A DNA stretch of 61,142 nucleotides, the filler included. It is 5 parts of 5 records of this genome, joined end to end, with 100 filler letters (N's around TTAATTAATTAA, not from the genome) between each part and the next. Parts side by side here need not be neighbours in the genome. Positions count along the whole stretch, not along the records: positions 22,966 to 30,090 come from SRR22947727_2139; positions 30,191 to 41,068 come from SRR22947727_2156; 3 more parts are not named here. One strand, written 5' to 3'. The first letter of the stretch is position 1, and the number at the start of each line of letters is the position of its first letter. A model generated the notes under the pieces. The model was not told the origin of the DNA. It saw only the letters and a program-made list of their open reading frames with translations, and did not search any database. A program made the translations under genes and the position numbers. Shown here piece after piece: positions 23,822 through 33,182 of this stretch.

Positions 23822-25147
23822 TTAATCTAATTTTGCCCCAAGTCTTTGAATTTTACCCATAAAAGATGGAAAAGAGGTATTAACTGAATTTTTATTTGAA
23901 ATTCTCCACTTGCCTCCAAAAGTGAGAGCAGCAACAACACTGGTCATAAATACCCTATGATCCATTAAAAATTTTTTAATTGTTATGTTCTTTTTTAATT
24001 CTAAATTGGGATTGCCATAAATTTTGATGCTATCTTTAGTTAAGATAGTTTTTACGCCCATTTTATTTAATATTTTAGATCCCCATTTCAACCGTGGACT
24101 CTCTTTTTGATTAAGCTCAGACAAATTTTTAAAGAATGATACACCATTTGCTTTAGCGGCAACTAAAAAAATTAATAAAAATTCATCTATAGCTGAAGAA
24201 TTTAAATATTTTGGACAATTGATTGGTTTAATATGATTTTCACTTTTTATAAGTAAGTCAGCAATTTTTTCTCCCTTGTAAACTTTTTTATTTTTAAACC
24301 TAATTGTAACACCCATCATTTTTAAAATTTTTAAGATACCTGTTCTTGTAGGGTTAATATTTACATTCTTAATTTCTAATTTTGAATTTTTTGAAAGAGC
24401 AGTAAGAACTATAAAAAATGCACTTGAACTAATGTCTGATGGAATTTTGTAGTTGAACGGTTTTATTTTTTTTCCTCCACGTATTTTAATTATGTCAAAA
24501 TTTTTGTTTCTTTTGATCTGTATTGGTATTTTGAGATATTTAAATAGTAACTCTGTATGAGTTCTTGATTTTTTAGCTTTAATTATAGTTTGTCCTTCAG
24601 TATTAAGTGCTGCTAGCATTACACTACTTTTACACTGAGCAGAGCCTTTGTTCTCATAATATTTAATTGGTTTGGGAAAAACAGTTCCTTCTACTTCAAT
24701 AGGTAGTTTTCCTAAATTTGATTTAAAGTGTGCACCAAATTTTTCTAACGGATTTGTTACTCTTTTAAAATCTCTTTTTGATAAACTTCTGTCTCCTTTA
24801 AGATGAATCTTATTTTTTGAATGAACTAAAAGACCCAGCATAAGTCTTCCCAAAGTGCCTGAGTTGCCAGCATCTAATTTAATTTTTTTTTTATATAAAA
24901 AACCATTAATACCATTTCCAAATATCTCACATTTATCTTTAAGCAATTTTATTTTTATTCCAAGTTTTTTAAGACATTCTAAAGTATTAATTACATCTTC
25001 AGATTTTAAAAGGTTATAACAAGTTGATTTGCCTTTTGCCTGAGAAGCTAACAACGCCCATCTTATTGATAGACTTTTATCACCTTCAATGTTTATTGAC
25101 TCATTAAAGGGTTTAATTTTTTTAGAAATTTTGATTAAATTATTCAC
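23822..25147 (-). CDS. aroA: 3-phosphoshikimate 1-carboxyvinyltransferase (EPSP synthase)
   Basis: GDKS, DAGNSGT, SAQCKS, IDEF, KESPR, DHR, SFP. Confidence 0.94.
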   Translation of the reverse strand: MNNLIKISKKIKPFNESINIEGDKSLSIRWALLASQAKGKSTCYNLLKSEDVINTLECLKKLGIKIKLLKDKCEIFGNGINGFLYKKKIKLDAGNSGTLGRLMLGLLVHSKNKIHLKGDRSLSKRDFKRVTNPLEKFGAHFKSNLGKLPIEVEGTVFPKPIKYYENKGSAQCKSSVMLAALNTEGQTIIKAKKSRTHTELLFKYLKIPIQIKRNKNFDIIKIRGGKKIKPFNYKIPSDISSSAFFIVLTALSKNSKLEIKNVNINPTRTGILKILKMMGVTIRFKNKKVYKGEKIADLLIKSENHIKPINCPKYLNSSAIDEFLLIFLVAAKANGVSFFKNLSELNQKESPRLKWGSKILNKMGVKTILTKDSIKIYGNPNLELKKNITIKKFLMDHRVFMTSVVAALTFGGKWRISNKNSVNTSFPSFMGKIQRLGAKLD

Positions 25148-25157
25148 AATTAATTTT

Positions 25158-25934
25158 TTAACTTATTTTGAAAGAATCTCCAAAGTAAGCGTTTCTAGCG
25201 TCTGTATCTTTAATTAAGTTTGTAGGAGTGCCATGAGCTACCACTTTACCATTATGAACTATTGCAGCCGTATCAACACACGCTAGTAGATCTCTTGCCT
25301 GGTGATCACAAAGTATTATAGATATGTTACTATTACTCTGTAAACTAACAATAATTTCCTGGAGCATTTTTATAGTCATTACATCGAGCGCTGCAAAAGG
25401 TTCATCTAAAAGTAATATTTTTGGGTCAGTTATCAATGCAATTGCGATCACTAACTTCTTTTTTTGCCCACCAGATAAAAGATTTGCTTTAATATCTCTT
25501 ACTGCATCTAATTCAAATTTTGATATTAGTGAATTTATTTTTTCATCTCTAAAACTAATATTATTTATTGTTATCTCGGCAATAGCTTTTAAATTTTCAT
25601 AGACTGTAAGGTCATGAAAAAAACCACCGTATTGAGGAACAAAACCAATTTTAAATTTTAGAGTTCTTTGATATATTGGGTATCCATTTACTTTTTCAGA
25701 ATTAATATAAATTGACCCATAGTCAGGAGCAATCAATCCTGTAATTAAGTTGAATATTGTTGACTTACCAACCCCGTTAGGTCCCAATAAACCCAGTATT
25801 TGACCATTATTTAGTTTTAAATTTAAATTATCAAGAATTATTTTTCTATCAAATTTAAGTGAAACTTTTTCAAGTTTAAGAATAGATCTCTTTTCTTTAA
25901 AAGATTTAATTCTAAACTTTTTTATGTTACTCAT
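25158..25934 (-). CDS. lptB: LPS export ABC ATPase LptB-like (divergent)
   Basis: GLLGPNGVGKS, LSGGQ, LLDEPFA, DH switch, C-terminal YFGDSFK; kdsD-lptC-lptB synteny. Confidence 0.8.
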   Translation of the reverse strand: MSNIKKFRIKSFKEKRSILKLEKVSLKFDRKIILDNLNLKLNNGQILGLLGPNGVGKSTIFNLITGLIAPDYGSIYINSEKVNGYPIYQRTLKFKIGFVPQYGGFFHDLTVYENLKAIAEITINNISFRDEKINSLISKFELDAVRDIKANLLSGGQKKKLVIAIALITDPKILLLDEPFAALDVMTIKMLQEIIVSLQSNSNISIILCDHQARDLLACVDTAAIVHNGKVVAHGTPTNLIKDTDARNAYFGDSFKIS

Positions 25935-25939
25935 TTTTG

Positions 25940-26515
25940 CTATTTAGTATTTATTTCAATTTTATTTTGATTATCATTCATAAAAATATCTACATTTTTT
26001 GAAACTAAATCTATTTTGATATTATCAGCTTTTACTAATCCTTTTAATCCCTCATAAACTATATTTTCACTTATCATTACAATATTTTTTTCAAAATCTA
26101 GAAATAATTTTTCAGACTCAATAATATGATTCATATATACAATTTTTACTTTATTTTCAAAAATAGTATTATATGTAGAGTTATTATATTTTGCCTCTTT
26201 TGAAACTATTTTTAATGCAGATCCATCTTTATCTTTAAAAATAGCAATAACTGACTGCATCTGCACTATCTCAATATTATTAATATAAATAATCTCACTT
26301 AATTCTGACGAAATAAAATATTCAGTATTATTTTCAAATTTTACATTATATTTTAAATTTTTGATTAAATTATTAGAATTATTTAAATTCTCTTGATTTT
26401 CTTTTTTTATCTTATTTGCAACTTTTATCTCACTTTTAAAATATTTTTGATAAGTAAAGATACCTATAAGTATTACTATCAAAAAAAGAAAAACTTGAAT
26501 CAAAATTTTTTTCAA
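25940..26515 (-). CDS. lptC: LPS export periplasmic protein LptC-like
   Basis: Single N-terminal TM followed by a beta-rich domain; position between kdsD and lptB. Confidence 0.65.
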   Translation of the reverse strand: MKKILIQVFLFLIVILIGIFTYQKYFKSEIKVANKIKKENQENLNNSNNLIKNLKYNVKFENNTEYFISSELSEIIYINNIEIVQMQSVIAIFKDKDGSALKIVSKEAKYNNSTYNTIFENKVKIVYMNHIIESEKLFLDFEKNIVMISENIVYEGLKGLVKADNIKIDLVSKNVDIFMNDNQNKIEINTK

Positions 26516-27499
26516 TTATCTATCTCTAATTTTTAAAAGATCATGAATATGAATTACACCAATAATTTTTCTTTTATTCCCTTTTTTATAAACACATGTA
26601 TTTGTAATTTTTTTTTTATTCATTTGTATTAAGATTTCTGAAACTAACATGTTCTCCTCAACAAAAAAGGGATTTTTTGTTATTAAAGAACCAATCTTAA
26701 AATTTTCTATGTTACGTTTTTTTTGCAAAAGTCTTTTCAGATCACCGTCAGTAAATATTCCACAAGTCAGCCCTTTATCATTTACAGCAACAATAAATCC
26801 TAATTTTTTTTCATTTAAAACTTTTAATGCTTTTTTCATATTTTGATTTTTATTTACAAAAGGTATTCTATTTCTTACTAACATTACATCGCTCGCAGTT
26901 TTTAATTTTGAGCTTAGAGTGCCACTAGGATGAAATTTTTTAAAATCTAACTTTCCAAACTTTTTTTTATTCATTAATGCAATCGCAAGAGCATCTCCAA
27001 TAGATAATTGAATTGTAGTACTTGAGGTTGGGACAATACCATATCCTGACTCTATAACCTCTGGAATTAATAACTTTATATTTGAATATTTATATAAATT
27101 TGAATTTTTATTCGACATTATCCCTATTAAGAGAATTTTATTTTTTCTAGAATAATCAATTACATTCAATAACTCATTAGTGTTACCTGAATTACTTATC
27201 AAGATAAGAATATCATTTTTTGTAATTCTACCTAAGTCACCGTGAGAACAATCAGAAGCAGAAATTGGAAATGATGGAGTACCAACAGAGGATAATGTCG
27301 CTGAAATTTTTGATGCAATTATTCCACTTTTACCAACACCACACACTATTACTTTTGATTTGCATTTAAGTATTTTTTTGACAGTTTCATCAAATGAATT
27401 ATTGATTGAATTTTTCAATCTCTCCAAAGCTTTTATTTGTAATTCAACTACTTCTTTACCAATTTTTTTTATATCATTTTTCATTTTCAATGAGACCAA
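26516..27499 (-). CDS. kdsD: Arabinose-5-phosphate isomerase, KpsF/GutQ family (start may be ATG 27484)
   Basis: GVGKSG, HGDLG, PTSST, FHPSG, CBS pair (TDGDL, IHIHD). Confidence 0.92.
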   Translation of the reverse strand: MVSLKMKNDIKKIGKEVVELQIKALERLKNSINNSFDETVKKILKCKSKVIVCGVGKSGIIASKISATLSSVGTPSFPISASDCSHGDLGRITKNDILILISNSGNTNELLNVIDYSRKNKILLIGIMSNKNSNLYKYSNIKLLIPEVIESGYGIVPTSSTTIQLSIGDALAIALMNKKKFGKLDFKKFHPSGTLSSKLKTASDVMLVRNRIPFVNKNQNMKKALKVLNEKKLGFIVAVNDKGLTCGIFTDGDLKRLLQKKRNIENFKIGSLITKNPFFVEENMLVSEILIQMNKKKITNTCVYKKGNKRKIIGVIHIHDLLKIRDR

Positions 27500-28098
27500 A
27501 TATCATCTTTAAATAATGCCAAATCTAGATCAACCCTAGTTTCCAAAAATTTTAAACAATTTTTGTAAAGTTCGATTCTTTTTTCTCTTTTAAGTATTTT
27601 TTCTAATTCGTCATGAATTTTATGGAGATAAACTACATCATTTGCACAATATTTTTGTTGAGCTGATGTCAATTCACCTCCAAAATCGGAGCTTTGAAAT
27701 TGCTTACTTATGTCAATATTTATAAATTCTTTGATTAATGTTTTTAAAGAATGACTATCAGAGTAAGATCTGGCTAGTTTGGATGCAATTTTAGTATCCA
27801 AAATATTATTTGTAGATGTTTTTAAGTAATATTTAATATGTGCAATATCTGCCCTGCCAAAATGAAAAATTTTTGTTATATTTTCATCTGCAAATATTTT
27901 TACTAAATTAGGAGCATCATAATTAGATCTATCTAATTGAACTATATGCGCGTCATCTTTTCCCGATGAAACTTGAATCAAACAAAGAGGGTCTCTACGC
28001 ACGTTTAGACCCATGAACTCACCATCGACAGCTATTACGTTGCCTAAATCTAAATCATCTGGTAAATCTTTTTTATAAAGTTTAATATCAATACTCAT
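27487..28098 (-). CDS. rnd: Ribonuclease D-like DEDDy 3'-5' exonuclease (short alphaproteobacterial type)
   Basis: VDGEFMGL, LCLIQ, FHFGRAD, DTKIASK, YCANDV. Confidence 0.85.
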   Translation of the reverse strand: MSIDIKLYKKDLPDDLDLGNVIAVDGEFMGLNVRRDPLCLIQVSSGKDDAHIVQLDRSNYDAPNLVKIFADENITKIFHFGRADIAHIKYYLKTSTNNILDTKIASKLARSYSDSHSLKTLIKEFINIDISKQFQSSDFGGELTSAQQKYCANDVVYLHKIHDELEKILKREKRIELYKNCLKFLETRVDLDLALFKDDIWSH

Positions 28099-28117
28099 TT
28101 TAAATATATATATATAT

Positions 28118-29068
28118 ATGAAACCTAAAAATTGTCTAATTTTTGGCGGAAGTGGTCAAATTGGAAGATATCTAATTAGAAAGTTAACTAAAAATAACTA
28201 TAAAGTTACTGTTGTAACAAGAAATATTCATCAAAAGGGGTATATAATAAAAACCCAAGCAAATGCTGGTTACATAGATATTATAGAGGCAAATATTTTT
28301 GATGAAAAAAAAATCCGAAAATTATTTGAAAATACAGACATATGTATTAATTTGGTGGGGATACTATTTGAAAAAAACAAAGGATCTTCATTTAAAAACA
28401 TCCATTCGATTTTTCCATCAATATTGTCTAAACTTTGTAAAGAATACAATCTAAAAAAATTTATACACTTGTCAGCGTTGGGAATTAATAATGCTATAGA
28501 TTCAAAGTATGCACAAAGTAAATTGAGTGGTGAAAAAAATATCTTAGGTAATTTTCCTTTTACTACAATTTTAAGACCTTCAATTGTTTATTCTGTTGAT
28601 GACCAATTTACTACTAAATTTATGTCTATATTAAATAAATTGCCTATATTCCCATTATATTATTCAGGGAAAACAAAATTTATGCCGATACACTGCTCAG
28701 ATTTGGCAGATATTATATACAACGTAATTTCTAATAATATTGATATCAAAATTATGGAATGTGTTGGTCCAGAAATTCTTTCATTTAAGCAAATTCTTCA
28801 AAAACTTATTATTTCAATTAATAAAAAAAGAATTTTGATTCCATTTCCTCTTTTTTTTGCTAAAGCCTCAGCAAAATTTTTTGAATTATTTCCTTCTCCA
28901 TTGCTAACTGAAGATCAATTGAAACTTTTAAAATATGACAATACATACTCAGGTAAATACAAAACAAATTTTGACCTAGGTTTACCTAGCAAAAGATTAT
29001 TTGATGAAGAAATTCAAAAATATAGCTTTATGTGGAAAGAAGGCGGTCAGTTTTCAAAGAAAGCTTAA
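28118..29068 (+). CDS. Complex I NDUFA9-family NAD(P)-dependent SDR
   Basis: GGSGQIG, INLVGIL, HLSALG, YAQSK, LRPS, LTEDQ. Confidence 0.85.
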   Translation: MKPKNCLIFGGSGQIGRYLIRKLTKNNYKVTVVTRNIHQKGYIIKTQANAGYIDIIEANIFDEKKIRKLFENTDICINLVGILFEKNKGSSFKNIHSIFPSILSKLCKEYNLKKFIHLSALGINNAIDSKYAQSKLSGEKNILGNFPFTTILRPSIVYSVDDQFTTKFMSILNKLPIFPLYYSGKTKFMPIHCSDLADIIYNVISNNIDIKIMECVGPEILSFKQILQKLIISINKKRILIPFPLFFAKASAKFFELFPSPLLTEDQLKLLKYDNTYSGKYKTNFDLGLPSKRLFDEEIQKYSFMWKEGGQFSKKA

Positions 29069-29099
29069 TAAAAAATTTAAATTTTAATTAAAATTATAT

Positions 29100-29594
29100 T
29101 TAACCAGTTTTAATTTTTTTTTCTATAAATTCAGGAACTTCCTCTTTTTCTGTAGTTTCTTCTTTTTTACCTTTTGGTTGATAAGCATACAGCAAGTGAA
29201 GTTTGCAGTAAGAAAAATCTTTAAGCGATGACCTTCCACAAAAATAAAAGTTTTTTTCATCAGGATGACCTATAGGCCATTTACATACACTTTCATCTAA
29301 TTCTTCCAATTGTTTAGGATTTTCAGCTTCAAAATTTTTTTCTATAATTAATGATTTGAATTTGCTTCTTCTGCCTTTGTTGGGTTTGGTTCTTTTATCT
29401 AAAAAAGAGCTTTGGAAATTTTTATTAGTTGAAGCTGATCTAGTTTTAATTTTTGCAGAGAGATTTAGCCTGTGCGCTTTACCGATAACAGCATTTCTGC
29501 TTATCCCACCAATAATTTCAGCAATTTGGCTTGCAGTGTTTCCCTTCCCCCATAATTCTTTTAATTTATTAATTTTTTCGTCTGTCCAACTCAT
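29100..29594 (-). CDS. gcrA: Cell-cycle regulator GcrA
   Basis: MSWTDE..., SRNAVIGKAHRL, CKWPIGHP, FCG, YC..H; divergent from argD. Confidence 0.93.
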   Translation of the reverse strand: MSWTDEKINKLKELWGKGNTASQIAEIIGGISRNAVIGKAHRLNLSAKIKTRSASTNKNFQSSFLDKRTKPNKGRRSKFKSLIIEKNFEAENPKQLEELDESVCKWPIGHPDEKNFYFCGRSSLKDFSYCKLHLLYAYQPKGKKEETTEKEEVPEFIEKKIKTG

Positions 29595-29766
29595 AATTTA
29601 CTATATAATGTGTATAATATTTTTTAAAGCACAATATAAAGACATTAAAATGATATAAACAAGAAACTTTTAATAGTTATTAACAATATTAATTTAATTC
29701 ATTATTAACGAAATTCAATCGCAACTTGCATGAGAATATTTTAATTTATAGAAGATAGATAAAAAA

Positions 29767-30090
29767 ATGAGTTATTTAGTTAAAAATTATAACAGAAAAA
29801 AAATATCTTTCAAAAAGGGAAAGGGCAGTTTTTTATATTCGACTACAGGGAGTAAGTATTTGGACTTTGTTCAAGGTATTGCTGTAAATTCTCTAGGCCA
29901 TTCACATCCAAGATTAATAAAAGCAATTAACAAACAGTCAAAAAAACTATGGCATGTATCCAATGCATTTATAATTCCAGAGGGTGAAAAGCTGGCAAAA
30001 AAATTAGTAAAAAAAACTTTTGCTGATTATGTAATGTTTCAAAATAGTGGGGCAGAGGCCACAGAAGCAGCAATAAAAGTTGCAAGAAGA
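29767..30090 (+). CDS. argD: Acetylornithine aminotransferase (3'-truncated)
   Basis: YLDFVQGIAVNSLGH, LWHVSN, NSGAEA; gcrA/argD synteny. Confidence 0.9.
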
Positions 30091-30190
30091 NNNNNNNNNN
30101 NNNNNNNNNNNNNNNNNNNNNNNNNNNNNNNNNNTTAATTAATTAANNNNNNNNNNNNNNNNNNNNNNNNNNNNNNNNNNNNNNNNNNNN
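30091..30190. other. Artificial contig spacer
   Basis: N44-TTAATTAATTAA-N44. Confidence 0.99.
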
Positions 30191-30656
30191 TCAATGCTAT
30201 ATTTTCTTTTTTTAAAGCTTCTTTAAGTTCATTTTCTTCAATGACATCAGCAGGTAAATCAACACATATAACTGCATCAATGATACCACTTACTTCTTTA
30301 GCAAACTTTTCAATACCATATACAAAAATATTATTTAAGTACCCCATCATAACCAGACCAATTTCTTGGTTATACTTTCTTGCTTCTTTAGCAATGTTAA
30401 TTACTTTGTTAAAATTAATTCCATTTTTAATACTTTCTATATTAGCAAGTTGGATTATTGGACCATCAGCCTGAGCTTCGGCGTGGGGAAAAGATATCTC
30501 ATGAATATGTGCTCCTGAATCAGCAATTGATTTAATTATTTCCAGACTTGTATCCTCTTCAGGAAATCCCGCTGTGGTAAAACTTATAAAAGCTTTTTTG
30601 TTTGCTGATTTTAATTTTTTAAAAATTTTGTCTATTCTATTTTCCAAGTTTATCAC
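30191..30656 (-). CDS. trpA: Tryptophan synthase alpha subunit (3'-truncated, divergent loop 2)
   Basis: Catalytic Glu (IHEIS) and Asp (ADGPIIQ), MGY.N, VDLP; directly downstream of trpB. Confidence 0.9.
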
Positions 30657-31848
30657 CTAACATTCTCTCAGCAGTATCAATATCCTTATCACCACGACCA
30701 CAAATATTAATCACAACAATCTTATCTTTACTCATTTCTTTTGCTAATTTTATTGCTTGTGCAATGGCAAAACTTGGCTCAAATGCTGGCAGAATGCCCT
30801 CTGATTTACAAAGTAATTGAAAGGCATTAAAAGCCTCCTCATCAGTTGCATAAGTATAATTTACTCTGCCAATACTTTTAAGATAAGAATGCTCTGGTCC
30901 ACATGAATAAAAATTAATTCCTGAAGCCAAGCTTTTAGTATCTAGTGTTGCCGAACCATCATCTGATTGAAGCATAAAAGATTTAAAGCCTTGCATGATT
31001 CCAATTGAACCATTTGTTAATGCAGAGCTGTGTTCTGCCTCTACACCATAAAGAGCTACTTCATGATCATCTAAAAATTCATGTATAGAGCCAATTAAAT
31101 TAGAGCCACCCCCGATGCATGCAACAATTGCGTCGGGTAGTCTATTTTCTTTTTCTAAAATTTGTTTCTTTATCTCTTTTCCAATGATTGACTGGGCATA
31201 CTGTACGATTTTTGGAAAAGGATGAGGTCCAATAGCTGAGCCGCAACAATAAAATGCTTCAGGATCGCTTGACCATGCTTTAAGCACTGACGTACAAGCA
31301 TCTTTAAGAACTCCTTTTTCTCCAGTTCCATCTACGCACTCAACAACCTCAGCACCAAATAATTTAGCTTTTAAAACATTTGTTGATTGAAGAAATATAT
31401 CATCTTTACCCATATATCCAATTACAGGAAAATTAAATCTTGCTCCACAAGCAGCTGTTGCAATTAAATGTGCACCAGCTCCAGTTTCACAATAGATTTT
31501 TGATTTACCCATATATTTTGCTAAAAGTACTTGAAACAATGAATTGTTTATTTTATGTGCACCTAAATGATTTAAATGATCAGATTTTAAATAAATTTTT
31601 GCACCACCAATTTCCTTGGTGAGTTGTTCTGCATAGTAAAGAGGGTTAGGTCTACCAACATAGTCTTTTAAATAGTATTCAAATTCATCAATAAATTTTT
31701 TATCATTAATTGCTGCCTCAAAAGCTTCTTCAAGTTCTATGAGATTTGGCATTAATATTTCAGGAGCATACCTACCTCCAAAGTCACCATAGTAACCTTT
31801 ATCGTTAGGCCCATTTCTTAATGAGTTTTTGATTTCTTCAATTGTCAT
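30637..31848 (-). CDS. trpB: Tryptophan synthase beta subunit (strongly divergent active site)
   Basis: GAHKINN (PLP Lys), ETGAG, LKDA, GPHPFP, GGGSN, GPEH, GRGDKD; trpF-trpB-trpA synteny. Confidence 0.9.
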   Translation of the reverse strand: MTIEEIKNSLRNGPNDKGYYGDFGGRYAPEILMPNLIELEEAFEAAINDKKFIDEFEYYLKDYVGRPNPLYYAEQLTKEIGGAKIYLKSDHLNHLGAHKINNSLFQVLLAKYMGKSKIYCETGAGAHLIATAACGARFNFPVIGYMGKDDIFLQSTNVLKAKLFGAEVVECVDGTGEKGVLKDACTSVLKAWSSDPEAFYCCGSAIGPHPFPKIVQYAQSIIGKEIKKQILEKENRLPDAIVACIGGGSNLIGSIHEFLDDHEVALYGVEAEHSSALTNGSIGIMQGFKSFMLQSDDGSATLDTKSLASGINFYSCGPEHSYLKSIGRVNYTYATDEEAFNAFQLLCKSEGILPAFEPSFAIAQAIKLAKEMSKDKIVVINICGRGDKDIDTAERMLGDKLGK

Positions 31849-32483
31849 ATATTCTTAACCTTGCCAATAAATTCTTTTATTTTAGCCCTATCTTTTACTC
31901 CAGGACTGCTTTCAACGCTAGAGGATACGTCAAAAAATGAAGTAATATTATTTTTTAGCGCTATTTCGAGATTATATATATCTAAGCCACCAGATAAAAA
32001 GAATTCTTTTTCAAGCTTTTGATTGGTTAATATATCCCAGTCAAAACTTTTTGCATTACCACCAGGCATTTCACTATCATTAGGTTTTGCATCAAGCAAA
32101 AAAAGATCACATAGATCGCTATAAGATTTTATATTTATTAAATCATTTTGACTTGAAATACCAAACGCTTTAATGATTTTTAAATTAGTAGTTTTTTTTA
32201 TTGTAGCAAGATAATCAATAGACTCTGATCCATGACATTGAATATAATCAAATCCTGCATCTTCAATTTCTTTTATATTATCAATCTTAGTATTAACTGT
32301 TACTGCCACAGTATTTATTGGTTTTAATAATCCAGCAATAATATTCTTGCTATCTCTAAATGAAATATTCCTTGGAGAATTCTCATACGATACAAAGCCT
32401 AGATAGTCTGCATCATTATCTATACAAAAATTAGCAATCGATAAATCTGTTATACCACAGATCTTAATTTCATTAGTTTTCAT
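31845..32483 (-). CDS. trpF: Phosphoribosylanthranilate isomerase
   Basis: IKICGIT, QCHGSE, LLDA, GG...FDW, LSGGL, DVSSSVE. Confidence 0.94.
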   Translation of the reverse strand: MKTNEIKICGITDLSIANFCIDNDADYLGFVSYENSPRNISFRDSKNIIAGLLKPINTVAVTVNTKIDNIKEIEDAGFDYIQCHGSESIDYLATIKKTTNLKIIKAFGISSQNDLINIKSYSDLCDLFLLDAKPNDSEMPGGNAKSFDWDILTNQKLEKEFFLSGGLDIYNLEIALKNNITSFFDVSSSVESSPGVKDRAKIKEFIGKVKNI

Positions 32484-33172
32484 TATAGGGATTTATATAT
32501 TCTAAATGCAGCTTCGGCTGGATCATCTGCTTGTGTAATAGGTCTGCCTATCACAAGAATATCAGCGCCTGCATCGATTGCTTCTTTTGCACTCATAGTT
32601 CTTTTTTGATCATTTGAATTATCATCAGTGCTTCTAATTCCTGGAACAATCAATTTTAAATCATCTTTTATTTCTGACTTAATTATTTTTATTTCTTGTG
32701 GCGAACATACAATTCCATCTAATTTATTTATTGCTGCTAGTCTCGCAAGTCTTACTACTTGGTTATTTACTGTTTCACTTAATCCAACTTCATTTATTTC
32801 TTTGTCACTAAAGCTTGTTAAAACAGTTACACCAATTAATTTTGTTTTACTTTTTTTAGAATTTCTAGTTTCAACACACTCTCGAAGCATTTCTGATCCT
32901 CCAGAAATATGTAGTGTAGTTAGTTCAGGCTCTGAGCGTAATATTCCCTGAAGTGCTGATTTAGTTGTATTGGGAATATCAAATAATTTAAGATCTAAAA
33001 AAATAGGAAGACCTAATTCTTTCACTTGATTTATTCCTTCAATGCCACAATGCGTATAAAATTCAAGTCCAAGCTTTATTCCACCTATTGAGGGTTTAAT
33101 TTTTTCTATTAAAGAGATTGATTGCTCAATATCATTTGTATCGATAGCACAGTAAATTGGATTATTTTTCAA
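32483..33172 (-). CDS. pyrF: Orotidine-5'-phosphate decarboxylase
   Basis: FLDLKLFDIPNT, VTVLTS, PGIR, DQKR, VIGRPIT; likely TTG start at 33172. Confidence 0.96.
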   Translation of the reverse strand: MKNNPIYCAIDTNDIEQSISLIEKIKPSIGGIKLGLEFYTHCGIEGINQVKELGLPIFLDLKLFDIPNTTKSALQGILRSEPELTTLHISGGSEMLRECVETRNSKKSKTKLIGVTVLTSFSDKEINEVGLSETVNNQVVRLARLAAINKLDGIVCSPQEIKIIKSEIKDDLKLIVPGIRSTDDNSNDQKRTMSAKEAIDAGADILVIGRPITQADDPAEAAFRIYKSL

Positions 33173-33182
33173 TTTTAATTTT

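Noticed and set aside
29694-29709. TTAA-N7-TTAAC CtrA-box match upstream of gcrA
   Set aside because: Expected by chance in this very AT-rich spacer with many TTAA; to my recollection Pelagibacter lacks CtrA
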